Shown: positions 1-12,303 of the stretch, piece after piece
How positions within the stretch are numbered: the first letter of the stretch is position 1
Layout of the letters: each line of letters opens with the position of its first letter
DNA from: Macrostomum lignano
Lineage: Eukaryota
Length of the DNA stretch: 64,000 bases
Reading direction: 5' to 3'
Assembly: GCA_002269645.1 (NCBI GenBank)
Contig: NIVC01001136.1
Span: 30,721-94,720, forward strand
The notes under the pieces: model-generated
Told to the model about the DNA's origin: nothing
Database searches by the model: none
The model's input: only the letters and a program-made list of their open reading frames with translations
Made by a program: the position numbers and the translations under genes

Positions 1-1567
1 AAAACAAAATTTTCCCTATCCAAGCAGCATTTTTATATCCTGTTATGTCCACATTATGTATCATATTGGTACCAAGGTAATGTTCCCTTAATGTAAAAAT
101 GCTAGTTTCATTGATGTCCCTATAAGGAATAGTTGTTATATATCATATAGGTTTTGCTATAATGTACTGGTAATCAATAGAAAGTATGCTCATAATGCCA
201 TCTGCTTTTTTTGTTGCATCATTAGACAGGACAAAATTATGCAAAGACAATTTATAGAGTTCTCTAATTATCTTTCTTATCTTAAAGATAGATTAGGCCT
301 ATAGGAGAGAAATTTCTTTTTTATTTTCTTATCCATTGATCCTTTTATTTGCTATGTAGAGTTTGCTACATTTGTTAGTGTATAAAGAAAAAAGAAGGGA
401 GATATAAGGTAAAGCAAAAACAGTGTAGAGTAATGAATATGGGTGAGGTAAAATAAGAAATGCAAACAATTGGGGGTAAAGCAGGTGTATAGACAAGAGA
501 GGATGAGGGGGGATTCACAAGGCAGAAATGAAAGAAGGGAATATTTTTCCTCCATGACATCAATGATTCGTTTGTTGTCCCCTTGAGTGCCTTGCCTTTA
601 GATGACTGCAGCTCTTCGCTTGTTGCTCCTTGCTCCTTGTTTGCCTGACAAATCTGCATGGGATAGCAAAGATTTATTTGGTCTATTTTTTGTTTAAAAT
701 AAAAAAGAATAAAGAATGAACTTACCAAAAACTTTTATCAGAATATCAGGAAACACAAGCCTATTGTAATTGCCATCCAAATGAAACTACATAGGAATAT
801 TCTTCATGGTGAAGATATCAGTCTTTTTGATAAACTATCTGCAACAAAAAGAAAAGAAATCATTCTTCTTTAATTTTAATATAAAAGAATATGAAGTTTT
901 ACAATATCAGTTTATATGGTTATTCAGTTTATAAACTTATTGTCCTAAGTTTTACTAGTAGACAATTTAAAGAAATAATGCTAGTTAATTTTATTATAAT
1001 TTCTTAGATTTTAAACAAATAATAAAACAGCTAATTTTGTTTAAATAAACCAAGCCTAGTTATACAATATAGTTTTTGCTTTTCTGCTTGTTCTTTGAAC
1101 TATAGGTATATCAAATGACAATTAACGTATCTCTATAATCTAAATTAATTTCCTAACTATATAGTAAATTAAGCAAGACTAGGCCAACACTTATTGGCCT
1201 ACTTTAAAAAATTTAAAGAATAGAATTAGGTATTTTGTCTTGCCATTATCCTTTTAGTTAACTGTTGTAGAAATTTATTAGCAAATTAAAAAACTAAGGC
1301 TACCTTACTTTTATTATTAAAGTAGATCTAAGATCATGAAAATATTATTAGGTATATCATTTTTATATGTATAAAAACAAAGTTATGATGGGAATTAAAG
1401 CTAAGTTCCTATAAGCTTTTAAAGACTATTATAACTTATAAATTATAGAAAATAAAATTGAAAAGGAAAAGAACAATTACTAATGACAATGTCAATGATA
1501 ATACAACACAAGACAATGATATATTATATTTTATAAGATTCTCAATGGCATTGAAAAAAGTCAAGAC

Positions 1568-3160
1568 TTAACCACGAGAAGACTGATGGTAAGCAGTGCT
1601 TACCATGGCCCAACTCAAATTTCTGCCAACCAGAGTAAATTAAATTCTATGGCTAAATTGGTAGTATCCGTTCTTGCCGGATATGGTAAGCACTGCTTAC
1701 CACGAGTATTCTAGGTTTTCTTGTTTTCTGACAATTATAGGCTTTGCATTCTACATTCTTAATTGTTTCGTTACTAATGTTCCTTTGTGCTTTGGTTCAA
1801 AAACACACATTTTGTTCGAAGAGGCTTCAATAAAGTTTGAAATCGAATTTACTAATAACAGAGTTAAACAACAAAAACGAGAATAAAAAACCTGATAATA
1901 TTCTGGCTGATCAAACTTACTGTGCATACAGAGCGTACGGCTCATGCACTACAGAAACTATAACTAGTGAAACTAATATAAATTATCAAGAGTTGTGAAC
2001 TAATTTGAGCTAAAGACAAGAGCCAAAAAGAGTAAACAGAAAGGATGACAACTTTCTTTTAGCAGAAAGTACATCCATTCTGCCGATGCTTGTACTTTAA
2101 CGCTGTGAATGCCAGCGTAGGAAGCAATCTAACAAACAAAGTCCTGGGCATCCTGGACATCGGCTGCAGAAATAAACTGTGCACCGGGAACTGGCAGAAC
2201 TGTAGCACATTCTGCACCTTTTTTGTAGGTCTGGGCTGGGTAGGACAACCTGGGATTTTCTCGAGAAAATGCTGTTCAGGGACTGCAACTGTTTGCAGCA
2301 TAGAAGCCGACTAGCTTTTTCATCTCGCTTGTGGTGCAGTCCCGCCAGCTAGATACAATGGACAGAAGGACGTCTGTCTCAGGATCCAGTTCCATCAGCA
2401 TGGTGGCCACCTTGGTGTTTGTCCATTCAGCGAGGCATTGGAAAAGCTCTTCAGAAAGAAACATTTGTAAAAATAAAGACTTATCCTTCTCAACATCCTC
2501 AGAAATTAAAAAGTTCAGATTGAGGCCAGCAGTTCCAGTAAATTCAAAACATTATGTCCCCTCATTGGACCCAGGCTCGACAAGTTGCCAAACATTCTCA
2601 ACTTCAGCAGCATCGCCATCTGCAAACTCCTATTCTTCCTTGCCATCAGGCCCTTCTATGGTTGGAGGATTGCCATCCAGTGCTTCTTCGCCAACCTCCT
2701 CGCCAGGCTCCTCGTCTATTGTTAAGTAGGAGTCAAGGCTTGCTTCACTGTCAGAGGTCATGTAGTCGATCTCATAGGCAGAAGCCATGTACTTTAGGAT
2801 ATCAGTGAGTAAATACTGTGTCAAATTTAGCGAGAAAAGGCTAACAAACAAGATGGCAAGAGTGTTACTGTAAGAAAGCTAGTTTTACTACAAAGTGGAC
2901 TTGCTGTCTGAGCACAGATTTCTATGGTAAGCAGCACATACCAGGCAGGCAGCAAGTGAAACTGTTTTATTGGCTAAAGCAGTAGTGCTGTTCATTTCCT
3001 TCCCGTCTAGCGCGTCAGTTTGAGCCAAGCTGGATCAGTATGCCTAGCCAGCAGGAATGGAAGTGACATGCTATGCCAGAAAATATCTATAGTAAGCACT
3101 GCTTACCAAGCAGTTGGGAACAGACAAATTATGGATTCTGGTTAGGCAGGAAGAGGTTAA
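1568..3160 (-). mobile_element. Degenerate, internally deleted piggyBac-family DNA transposon (non-autonomous)
   Basis: Transposase N- and C-terminal remnants at 2097-2788. Candidate ends TTAACC at 1568 and GGTTAA ending 3160. Palindrome (T)GGTAAGCA-N-TGCTTACC(A) at 1586-1606, 1684-1702 and 3092-3106, degenerate at ~2924-2943. The terminal inverted repeats match poorly, so the boundaries are approximate. Confidence 0.7.
2097..2788 (-). pseudogene. piggyBac (PGBD4-like) transposase remnant lacking the DDE core
   Basis: One frame from ATG 2788: acidic N-terminus (MASAYEIDYMTSDSE...), two in-frame stops, then FEFTGTAG...FLQMFLSEELFQCLAEWTN...SWRDCTTSEMKKLVG. It jumps at ~2310 to HFLEKIPG, has a frameshift in an A-run, and ends in the Cys-rich domain KRCRMC...TVYFCSRCPGCPGLCLLDCFLRWH*. 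Confidence 0.8.
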
Positions 3161-4150
3161 GGCATGTTAAAGTTAATATTCACTCAAACCGCAACCTAGG
3201 TCTCTTTAATTGAAAGCAGAAACTATTTAAACTTCCAAAGAAATATAAGCAAAAGTTTTACTCTTAGTCTTCTCGAAGGTTTCAAGTTTTAAAATAATTA
3301 GACAAAAGTTTTGGAGTTGGTGAAATCTGAGAATTAAGAAAACATTTGTTTGTAAAAGATTATTATTAAATGTCAACCACTAAATCAAAGGTTATAAACA
3401 CTAAAATTGTTTAAAAAAACACCAACATCAGAGTAAACAAAGATAGACAGTAAGATTTGAGGCAAGCAGCTTGAAAAAGAGAACTTTTTAAAAAGTTATA
3501 ACACAATGTTTATTATCTTTATTTTATAATGTAAATTGCCTGTATGTAAGCTATTAATAGTTATTCAAATAAAACTGTAAATAAATATTACATTACGTTA
3601 CGTTATGTTATGTTATGTTATGTTAAAATGATACATCTAGGAGACCACTGTGTTATGTAAAAATGGGGCTCAGGCTAGGCTATCATGGAATTCATGCCTT
3701 TAAAGGTTAAGGGCCAACCCTAAAGGTATAGAGTGTATATGCCTGACAATTAAAACTGAACTGTATACTTTTTTATATAATAGTTTTTGTAATTTATATT
3801 CTGGTAGGCATTAATTAATGGGAGACTGTTAAGCACTATTGGGTAAGACTTGTTTCACAGATGAACTTTTTTAAGGAACATGATATTCAAGTGAGTAGCC
3901 AACATGGCATATTGGAATTAATTTAAGATATCTTTATGACAATTAGAACTAGAAGAACAGAACATAACTTTTTATTTCATTACAGAATTCTAATTATACT
4001 TAACTGTATTGGCATAAAATTTCTTATTCGATATTATTTGTCTGTATTTATTAAAGAATTTCTAATGATTTCAAATTCCAATTTCATGCTTATGTGTGCT
4101 TAAAGGCCATCAGTTTTAACCTTAAATTAATTACAAGTTTACCAGCAATC

Positions 4151-5462
4151 ATGAGCAGCTACCTGTCTAGATTTCCTTACGCACCTCGGGCAGGAAATTC
4201 TTCTGCAATGCCTACGCCAGCATCAAGTAGTCAGTATCGATACTCAACTACTAATTCTCAGTATGGCAGATTTCCTACTAACAATGGTACTAGCAGTAGT
4301 AGCAGCGGCAGCAGTCGCTTCGGCACTCTAGGCAGTCGCAATATTGGCTATAACGATCTGTCATCTAATTCGTCCGCAAGCTCTTCATCAGTAACTGCAG
4401 CATTGGACGCGTCAGCTTCTGCTGGTATCTTCACTCAGGTAGCTCAGATCACGGATCATCTATACCTGTGCAGCGCCCATCCGGTTAGGGATGCCCGCCT
4501 GAGAGCGCTGGGGATTAAGCTGGTGGTTAATGCTACCATTGATGTGCCACTAGTGAGACTGGCTGGAGTTGACACTCTTCAGGTGTGCTTATTTTTTATT
4601 TATTTATGTTTTATTGATCTATTTAAGTATATTTTTTTCAATAATTAAAAACAATTAGTAACAATTGGGTCACTAATTGAAGACACCCCCTTGGATTTAC
4701 TGTTTACATTGAAGCTATCCAACCTTAAATGTTCATTGAAGACACCCACACCTAGATGTAGATTGAAGACATCCACCCTTAAATGTACTTTGAAGACATC
4801 CACCCTTAGATGTACTTTGAAGACATCCACACTCAGATGTACATTGAAGACATCCACACTCAGATGTACATTGAAGAAATCCATCCTTAGATGTACATTA
4901 AAGACCCTTGACTCCCTTGACTGTACATTAGATGTACATTGATGGCAGCTAATGTACCATTGACTGTACACTAAAAACTCTACAACGCATTCGAACCCAC
5001 CAATCCTGAAATGCACCCCAGGTACCCGTGGACGACACACCTTATGCCAGAATAAGTAACTACTTTGACATCGTGGCCGACCGTATCAACGGTGAGATCC
5101 GTCGCGGGAACAATGTTCTGGTGCACTGTATGGCCGGTGTGTCCCGGTCGGCTACCTTGGTGCTTGCCTATCTAATGAAATATCGCAATTTGAATCTGCG
5201 CCAAGCGCACGACCTGTGCAAGCAGCGCCGTCCCTATATTCGACCCAATGTTGGCTTCTGGCGGCAGCTGTGCGACTACGAGGAGCGCCTGTTCGGCATT
5301 CGGTCGGTCCGAATGGTCACCAGCCCTGTTGGCCTGGTGCCGGATGTTTACAAAGATGAATTGCAGTCTAGCGGCCTGTGGATGCCGTCTGCTTCAACAG
5401 CTGCCACTGCCGGGACGAGAAATGGCTACGGCGGCAGAACCTCTCTGCTGTCCCGGTACTGA
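4151..5462 (+). CDS. Atypical dual-specificity protein phosphatase (DUSP14/18/21-like), ~290 aa, 2 exons
   Basis: Exons 4151-4582 and 5022-5462 join in phase 0 (DTLQ|VPVDDTP). Motifs: AQITDHLYL, catalytic HCMAGVSRS, AYLM, IRPNVGFWRQL and C-terminal VRMVTSPVGLVPDVY. Ser-rich N-terminal extension. Confidence 0.92.
4725..4915. repeat. ~27-bp minisatellite in the DUSP intron
   Basis: Tandem GAAGACATCCACCCTTAGATGTAC(T/A)TT variants, about 6-7 units. Confidence 0.85.
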
Positions 5463-5589
5463 TGCCTGCTGGCTGAGGGCCTGCAGCTCTCGTAGCTGAG
5501 GGATTGTGGAGAGAATTTTTTTTGAGTTGTTTATTTGTCGAGCTTTTGATTGAGCTCTAAGTGACTGCCGTCAGCTCTTCCTTAATCTC

Positions 5590-5970
5590 ACTCTCTCCCT
5601 CTGATCTCACCCTCTCCATCTGGTCTCACCCTCTCCTTCTTATCTCACCCTCTCTCTCTTATCTCCTCCTCTCCCTCTTATCTCACCCTCTCCCTCTTAT
5701 CTCACCCTCTCCATCTGGTCTCACCCTCTCCCTCTTATCTCACCCTCTCTTATCTCACCCTCTCCTTCTTATCTCACCCTCTCCCTCTTATCTCACCCTC
5801 TCCTTCTTATCTCACCCTCTCCCTCTTATCTCACCCTCTCCCTCTTATCTCACCCTCTCCCTCTTATCTCACCCTCTCCCTTTTTATGTCACCCTCTCCC
5901 TCTGATCTTACCCTCTTATCTCACCCTCTCCCTCTTGTCTCACCCTCCCTCTTATCTCACCATCTCCCTA
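5590..5970. repeat. CT-rich ~19-bp minisatellite
   Basis: Tandem CTTATCTCACCCTCTCCCT variants downstream of the DUSP stop. Confidence 0.85.
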
Positions 5971-7394
5971 TGAGTTAGTTCGCAGCTCCATTTTGTATTC
6001 TGCCGCTAATCAGAGGTGACAGTCGATCCCCTGAACTCGCAAACAGATAGGTACAGATAGGAATCGATCCCCAGAACCCTAACTGCGTCACAATGAACCT
6101 CACTTTTTGTCGCTAATTTCTGTCACTTACCCTCAAAGGCGTGCCTTAATTCAACAAAATCAACTCTCAATTAGGCCAATCAGTGCCGTTTTGCAGCACT
6201 GGCTGACAGATTTATTTATTGGCCTGTTATCTCTAGTTGATTACGCAACAGACAATTATTAATTGTAAGTTTAGACTTTAGAGTGCGGATTTTTTATTTG
6301 GTTTCATATTTTTGTTGTCCTTTTTTTCTTTGAGTATCAACATATTGCGCTTATTAATTTGTCTAATTTTTTATAACTAGAGGCAAATAATTTAGAGGAT
6401 CATATCCTATTATTTATCAACTTTTTTCATTTATGTTGTCTTTTTCAAGAATTCTTATTTAATTGCTTATGTATACAGAAATACAACCAGTTTACTGCGG
6501 CTTGCTTTCACTAGTAAGATTCGTTGTCGTATTGTTCTGTTTTAATTTATTTTTTTTCTAAAATGCACTATAAGTAGTATATTTTTGTATTTGTCTACAC
6601 TCTACGCGAATTTCACTATTTTAAATTATTTATACTGTGCATTAGAAGTTTTGATTTTTTAACTAATATAGTCGTAAAAACCCTAGTACGCTACTTACGT
6701 CATAGTAGCTAGTAGAGTAGTTAGCAAAATTATCCTATGTTATCGCTTATTTATTAGGCAGCAGCAAGAAAATCCGTTCAAAAATCTCTTGCGCGATCGT
6801 CTGTCTGGGGTTGCGACAGAACAAACGCCTGGTGCTTCGTAGAAAAAACCTTGTTTAGAAAAAGTTTTGTTTTAAATCTACTAGTTTTCCAGAGCGAAAA
6901 TATTGCAAAAAAAGGTTTTATCTCTGAAGATTTTTACTGCTGACTATTTTTTTTCTGAGTAAAAACGCGTGCCCTGTGTGATGCGTTTTCTATTTTAAAT
7001 TTGTTTTACCGTATGCGTAGAAAAAGTTTGTTTGAAATGTTGAAAATAAAATAAAACGCGATACCGTATTGCTGTTTTTGAATGCGTAACTTATTAAAGT
7101 TACATTAGCAAAATCGTATTAAATATTGTTGTTCTTTGTTTTATTTTTTACAAAACAGGATGCCAATCAATTTTGTTTACATTTTTACATTTTATATTTC
7201 TAGAATCTGATATAGTTAGGAAGAACAAAATTTGCATGCATGCTTTATAATCAAACAGTGATATTAATTTGAAGCGACATGTATTCTATCCAGTATTTCT
7301 TCCACTTTGATACTCCTGGTTCTTATGTGGGTATATGACGGAACGGAAGTGATTTGAAACTTGATTTTTGTCAAAAATTACCTCTATATTATTT

Positions 7395-7760
7395 TCTTTC
7401 CTACCCCTCTAGACTGTACATTGAGGACACCCACCCCATAGATTTTCCTACCCCCATCTAGACTGTATATTGAAAACACTAATCCCATAGATTTTCCTAA
7501 CCCTTCTGGATTGTACATTAAAAGTACCCACCCCATAGATTTTCCTAACCCTTCTAGACTGTACATTAAAAGCACCCTCTAGACTGTACATTAAAGGCAC
7601 CAACCCCATAGATTTTCCTACCCCTCTAGACTGTACATTAAAGACACCCACCCCATAGATTTTCCTACCCCCCTCTAGACTGTATATTGAAAACACTAAT
7701 CCCATAGATTTTCCTAACCCTTCTAGACTGTACATTAAAAGCACCCACGCCATAGATTTC
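7395..7760. repeat. ~48-bp minisatellite
   Basis: Tandem CTAGACTGTACATTAAAGACACCCACCCCATAGATTTTCCTACCCCT variants, about 7 units. Confidence 0.85.
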
Positions 7761-7824
7761 CAACTCCTCCTCACTGCCCAGTTGAAAACCACCGTATTCA
7801 ACTGTAGCATCCACTGTACATACT

Positions 7825-10800
7825 TTAACCTACTTCGTGCTCGCTAGAGTTGATTAAGGTTCCATTGCTAGTCACTCCTGCACCATTGGCATAGACTTCC
7901 GCCATTTCCGCTTCTAAACGGCGCCGACGCGCTGTCTCGCGCGCCTCGGTCAATCGGCGCGTTCTCTCCGATTCGAGCTGTCGACGCTTGTCAGCCGCCA
8001 GCAGCGACAGCCGGTCGAGACGCTCCTGCAGCTCCTGGCGTAGATGCTCCTCGGTCCGCGCTGCTCGACTGCTAAGCTCGTCGCTTTCTCTGTGTTTGTT
8101 GTTAGGGAACGAGGGATCCAGACTACTGTAGATTTTCCTTAGAAACGAAGGGTGGGCACCCCGATGCAACGCCTTCGTCTCGAAACGAACGATGGCGAAA
8201 TCGTCTCAAAACCAGCGTTGATGCAATTCCGCCCATTCCGCTGTGTCCTAAGCACATACAATTGTGCTTGGACACACGCTCACACAGGGTGAACAGCGGC
8301 CCTGACTTTCTAATAGTCTGGCATGTGCACTCTCTGTGCCTTGAGGGTTGGCCCTCATGGCTGTGAATCGCAAGACAGCCCCTGATGATTGCGGCCGCGC
8401 ACGAAATCGAACCAGGGGTTGCCGGTGCAAGAGTCAGTCGCGTTTACCGCTGTGCTGCTTTGCCCCTCAAAGTTTTCCCATCAAGTCTTCAAGAATCTTT
8501 AATCTAGACTTCTAACTAAGCTTTCATCTTGTTGTCAGTCCAAGTCGAGTCCTCTAATCTAGTCCCAGCTTTTCCAGTAAATAGCAGTGCACCACCTCCA
8601 GCACGTCAAGCCGCAGTCAGGCATAGCACGCTGATCCCAGCTAACCTGGCCAAGCGCTCCTCCAGCCGCTCCATGCCCAGCCTGACCCGCTCCAGCTCTG
8701 CTGGCGAGTCCGCGAACTCGTCGGCTAGTCTGGCCGTCTCCGCTGCCGCCTCGCCATCGGACTCGGCGTTTGAGCCACCAGAGCGACGCGTGGTCGCCAC
8801 GATTAAACTCTCACGGTATTGCCGAGCTCTGGTAGCGCGCTCGGCTTCTAATTGACGCTGCCAACAGCGCCGCTCGAGAGCGTGCGAACGAAGCTGCGCG
8901 GCGCGCTGCGATTCGACCTCGCGTCGGTGCCGTTCCAGTTCCTGCGCGCGATTGGTACTTATTTTTTAAGACTAGTGATCACGTTCAAGATGCACTGAAA
9001 AAATGCACTGTATTTCGGACAACAATGCAAGAATAAAAATCAACGATTAATCACATCTCTTTAGTATTCTGACTGAGGCGCTGTTCCCCAGCCCTCTCAT
9101 CAGCTCCAGAAGCATCCAGGCTGGGCTGCCACCCACGACCCTCTCAGGTCACGGCCGTTTTTCAAGGCACCAGTACTTGCAGGGCAACACCACCAGCGCC
9201 AAGTGTAGTTTCAGCCAGACAAACCCGAAAATTTCGATCAGCTCATGCGCTACCTCCGGGCCACCCGCAGGACGACCCCGGGGACCTCCCTGAACAGCTT
9301 GTGACTGTCGTACCTTCAACACAAAAGCTTACGAACGTATTACTTAATTCTCATTGCGCGTTGAAAAGTTTGTTCGATTCTTTTCCCGGTTCAAGCGTCA
9401 TCAGTCAACGGTCTAAGTAAGACACTTACCTTATCGAACTTGGCAGTCGCTTCAGCACTCTTCAGCATGAGCATCTTTGTGTCCAGTTCTAGTTGCTGAG
9501 CAGCACGCTCAGCAATTTCCTCAGTGTCCAGCTGCAGCAGCTGCTCCGAGAGTCTTAGCTCCACTGCCAGAAGATCCCGACGAAAAGTGTCCATGGCAGC
9601 AGCGAGGTCTCTGGTCAGCTGTTCCACTGTTGCAGCTTCATCAGCTTCCGCGGCGGCTGTCGCCAACAAATCCACGTCTTCATCCGTGCCAGACTGCATG
9701 CGAGACCTTCGAGCTCTCTCCCTATTTAATTAAATGTTGTCGCTATGAATTTTTACTCAGCTGGTACGTGGTTCTCATCGCACAATGTGCGTGTACTATG
9801 TAACCTTTAATATGTACTATACTCGTGTTAGCTTATTCGAATAAACTCGTATTATATCACTTGTAATATGTATTATATGGTTCTTTTTGTCATGTCGGTA
9901 GAAAAGGACTAAACAAGGATTAATCTAGAGACTTTTAATCGGTAGTTACTTATGTCTACCGGTATTGGTCACTGCTTCAAATCAAGACAACTGATAACCA
10001 GCAAGGAGTTTTAGAGCAGTAATAACCTTTCTGCTGTCCCTTGAGCACGTACTCACTCCTGGTAGGGTCTAAAGACTTTCTCGTCGTCTGTTACACAAAG
10101 TTTTATGTCACAATGCTTTACCTGGCTCGCTGCGCCGCCTCTCGTCGACGTTTTCCCGCCGCTTTTTTTGCCACTTTCTGAGCCATCGCCAGCCGAATTT
10201 GGAGTCGGTGTCGTTCGCGCGTCGCCTCCGCGTTTGCCGACGCAATTCTCTTGCGCTTTCTCTCAGCCGCCTGCTGCTTTTCGCGTGCGTGCAGCTGCGT
10301 CTGCTCGGCGCACTGGCGCTGGTAGTCCTGCACAAGCTGGCGCAGCTCCCGAAGCTCTTCCGGTCTAAAATGTGTAGTGGGTTTGGTTTAAAGGCGAAAG
10401 AATCTAATAAGATTGAACAACGCGTAAAAGTTCTGGATCAGGATTTCTTATTTTGTTGAGTCAGTTGATTAGATGCTTTCGTCAATCATCGAAATCAGCT
10501 TTCGAGCTAGTTGCTCTCACTCCCTTTCACCCTCGAGAGTTTACTTGTTGCGCCGTCGTAGACTCCAGCTGACAGGCTACATCATCCGCGCAGAGTCCTA
10601 CTGCCCACAGAAAGCAGGAGGTTCTTTTAAATTGCCACCTTAAAATATATAAAATAAATAATTGCAGGAGGGCTGTCGGCACTACTGAGCACATTTAAGC
10701 TTGCCAATACTGCACACAGACACGCACTCATACACACGCTCACACAGGGTGTACAGCTTCCCTGACTTTCTAATCATTAGGCAAGTAAACACTCTGTGCC

Positions 10801-12303
10801 ATGGTTGTTGTCTATCATGGCTGCGAATCGCGCGCGACAACGACAACCCTCTCGGCAAAGTCTCGTGCTGACGAGCTGCAAATGATTGTGACCGCGCAAG
10901 GAATTGAATCTGGGCCGTAGCGCAGGAGTTGGATGCATTTACCCGCTGAACTGCTCAACGGAAGGCGGGCCATATTAACAACACTAATTAGTTATCATGG
11001 CCTAGCAGACCTAAAGCAACCAACAATGAACCAAGGACTTTTGCAACGAACCTGTACAATAAGAAGTTGTGCTGCAGCAGGTCCCCAGCGGTGAATCTGC
11101 GTCGCCTATCCTTGCACACGCAGCCGTGATAGAATTGGCGCAGCTCCTCGGAATAAGCGGCCTTGGGTAGCTGAGGAGCGCCTTGCTTCACCACTCTGTA
11201 GATGTAGACGGCTGGCTGAGATGAGTAATAAGGCGCCTGGCCCGTAGCCATCTGGTAAACTGTGCAGCCGAACGCCCAAATATCCGACTGAGCGCTGTAC
11301 TGTGCGACGCCAAGCTTCTCTTTCCGGTAGAGAATTTCAGGTGCCAGGAATCCCACCGTACCTAACTGATGCCGGGAGCTTGCCGTTGAGTTCACGGTTG
11401 AGCCGCAAGCTGAGGACGCGTCCTCTAACGGTTGCAGGCAGGTGGACAGACCGAAATCGATCAGCTTAAGCGTATCGTCTGGTCGAATCATGACGTTGTT
11501 ACAGTTGACGTCGCGATGAATCACAGGCGGTCGTCGAGTGTGGATGTAGTTGAGCGCCTCGGCTAGCTGTATTTGCGTAAAATTTGATACTTGGCGTTAG
11601 AAATTTACAAGTTCTCTATCGTACGTAACTTTTGGTTTTGGTCTTCGACAAAAAATCTACGATGGCTAATGCGGCTCTTTGTGTCGTAGCTAGGTAAGCC
11701 ATAATCCAATTTTCCTGTGTTTTGTAAACTGTCTATCGCTTGTTGAAGAAGAGGACACGACAACAAGACAAGATGACGCATCCAGAATATTGCACACCCA
11801 TTCTGTCTACTTCCCTACGACTCCAACCTCATTAAGATACGCTGTTCTATGATGCGTCATCACAGTGGTTTGGCCAAACGGATTCATTCAGTGGCACTAC
11901 TAAGATTATAAAGATATTATTAGTCCAGCTCAGTGTTGTAAAACGAAATCTAGAACCCACGGACCTGCAAGCTGTAGGTTCGAATCTTCGCCTGCTCCAA
12001 CGGCTGACCGTTGATGATGCAGCGCAGCGTCTGGCCTTCGATAAATTCTGTGAACAGAATTAAGCGCTGTCCAACCGCGGGATCGAACCTGGTGGCGGCG
12101 AACTGGACAATATTGCGATGACAGAGGCCTACAAGCAGTTTGGCTTCTGTCACTGCTGACGCTGCAGTTTCCTCGCCAGGTGGTAAATCCAAGTACTTCG
12201 CCGCTAGCACGTCACCTTGGTCAGTGCGCACTTTGAACACTCTGGCCTGTCCACCGCAGCCCAGGCAGTCCAGCTGCTCCCAAGAGCCAAATTGGCCGGA
12301 CAT
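7825..12303 (-). CDS. Ser/Thr protein kinase (STE/MAP3K-like domain) with long C-terminal coiled coil, 6-7 exons
   Basis: Exons 12303-11965 (LGCGGQARV, VLAAKYL, TEAKLL, FTEFIEG), 11566-11052 (IHRDVNCNN, DFG, GTVGFLAPE, SDIWAFGCTVYQMATG), 10364-10122, 9721-9430, ~8941-8646 and 8089-7825. Phases match at every junction except the acceptor of the ~8941 exon, which is uncertain; an extra exon may start at 9313. Downstream exons are E/R/Q/A-rich. Kinase exons are secure; attachment of the tail exons is inferred. Confidence 0.75.
8230..8466 (-). mobile_element. tRNA-derived SINE, diverged copy (kinase last intron)
   Basis: Reverse complement starts GGGGCAAAGCAGCACAGCGGTAAACGCG (A-box-like) ...GGTTCGATTTC (B box). 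Body similar to 33417-33777. Confidence 0.7.
10660..10960 (-). mobile_element. tRNA-derived SINE, diverged copy (kinase intron 2)
   Basis: Shares CACACGCTCACACAGGGTG(A/T)ACAGC..CCCTGACTTTCTAAT with the 8230 copy and body similarity with the 33417 copy. A/B boxes are degenerate. Confidence 0.6.

Noticed and set aside
352-1945. Short ORFs in the AT-rich left end
   Set aside because: Low-complexity composition, no motifs and no coherent splice structure.
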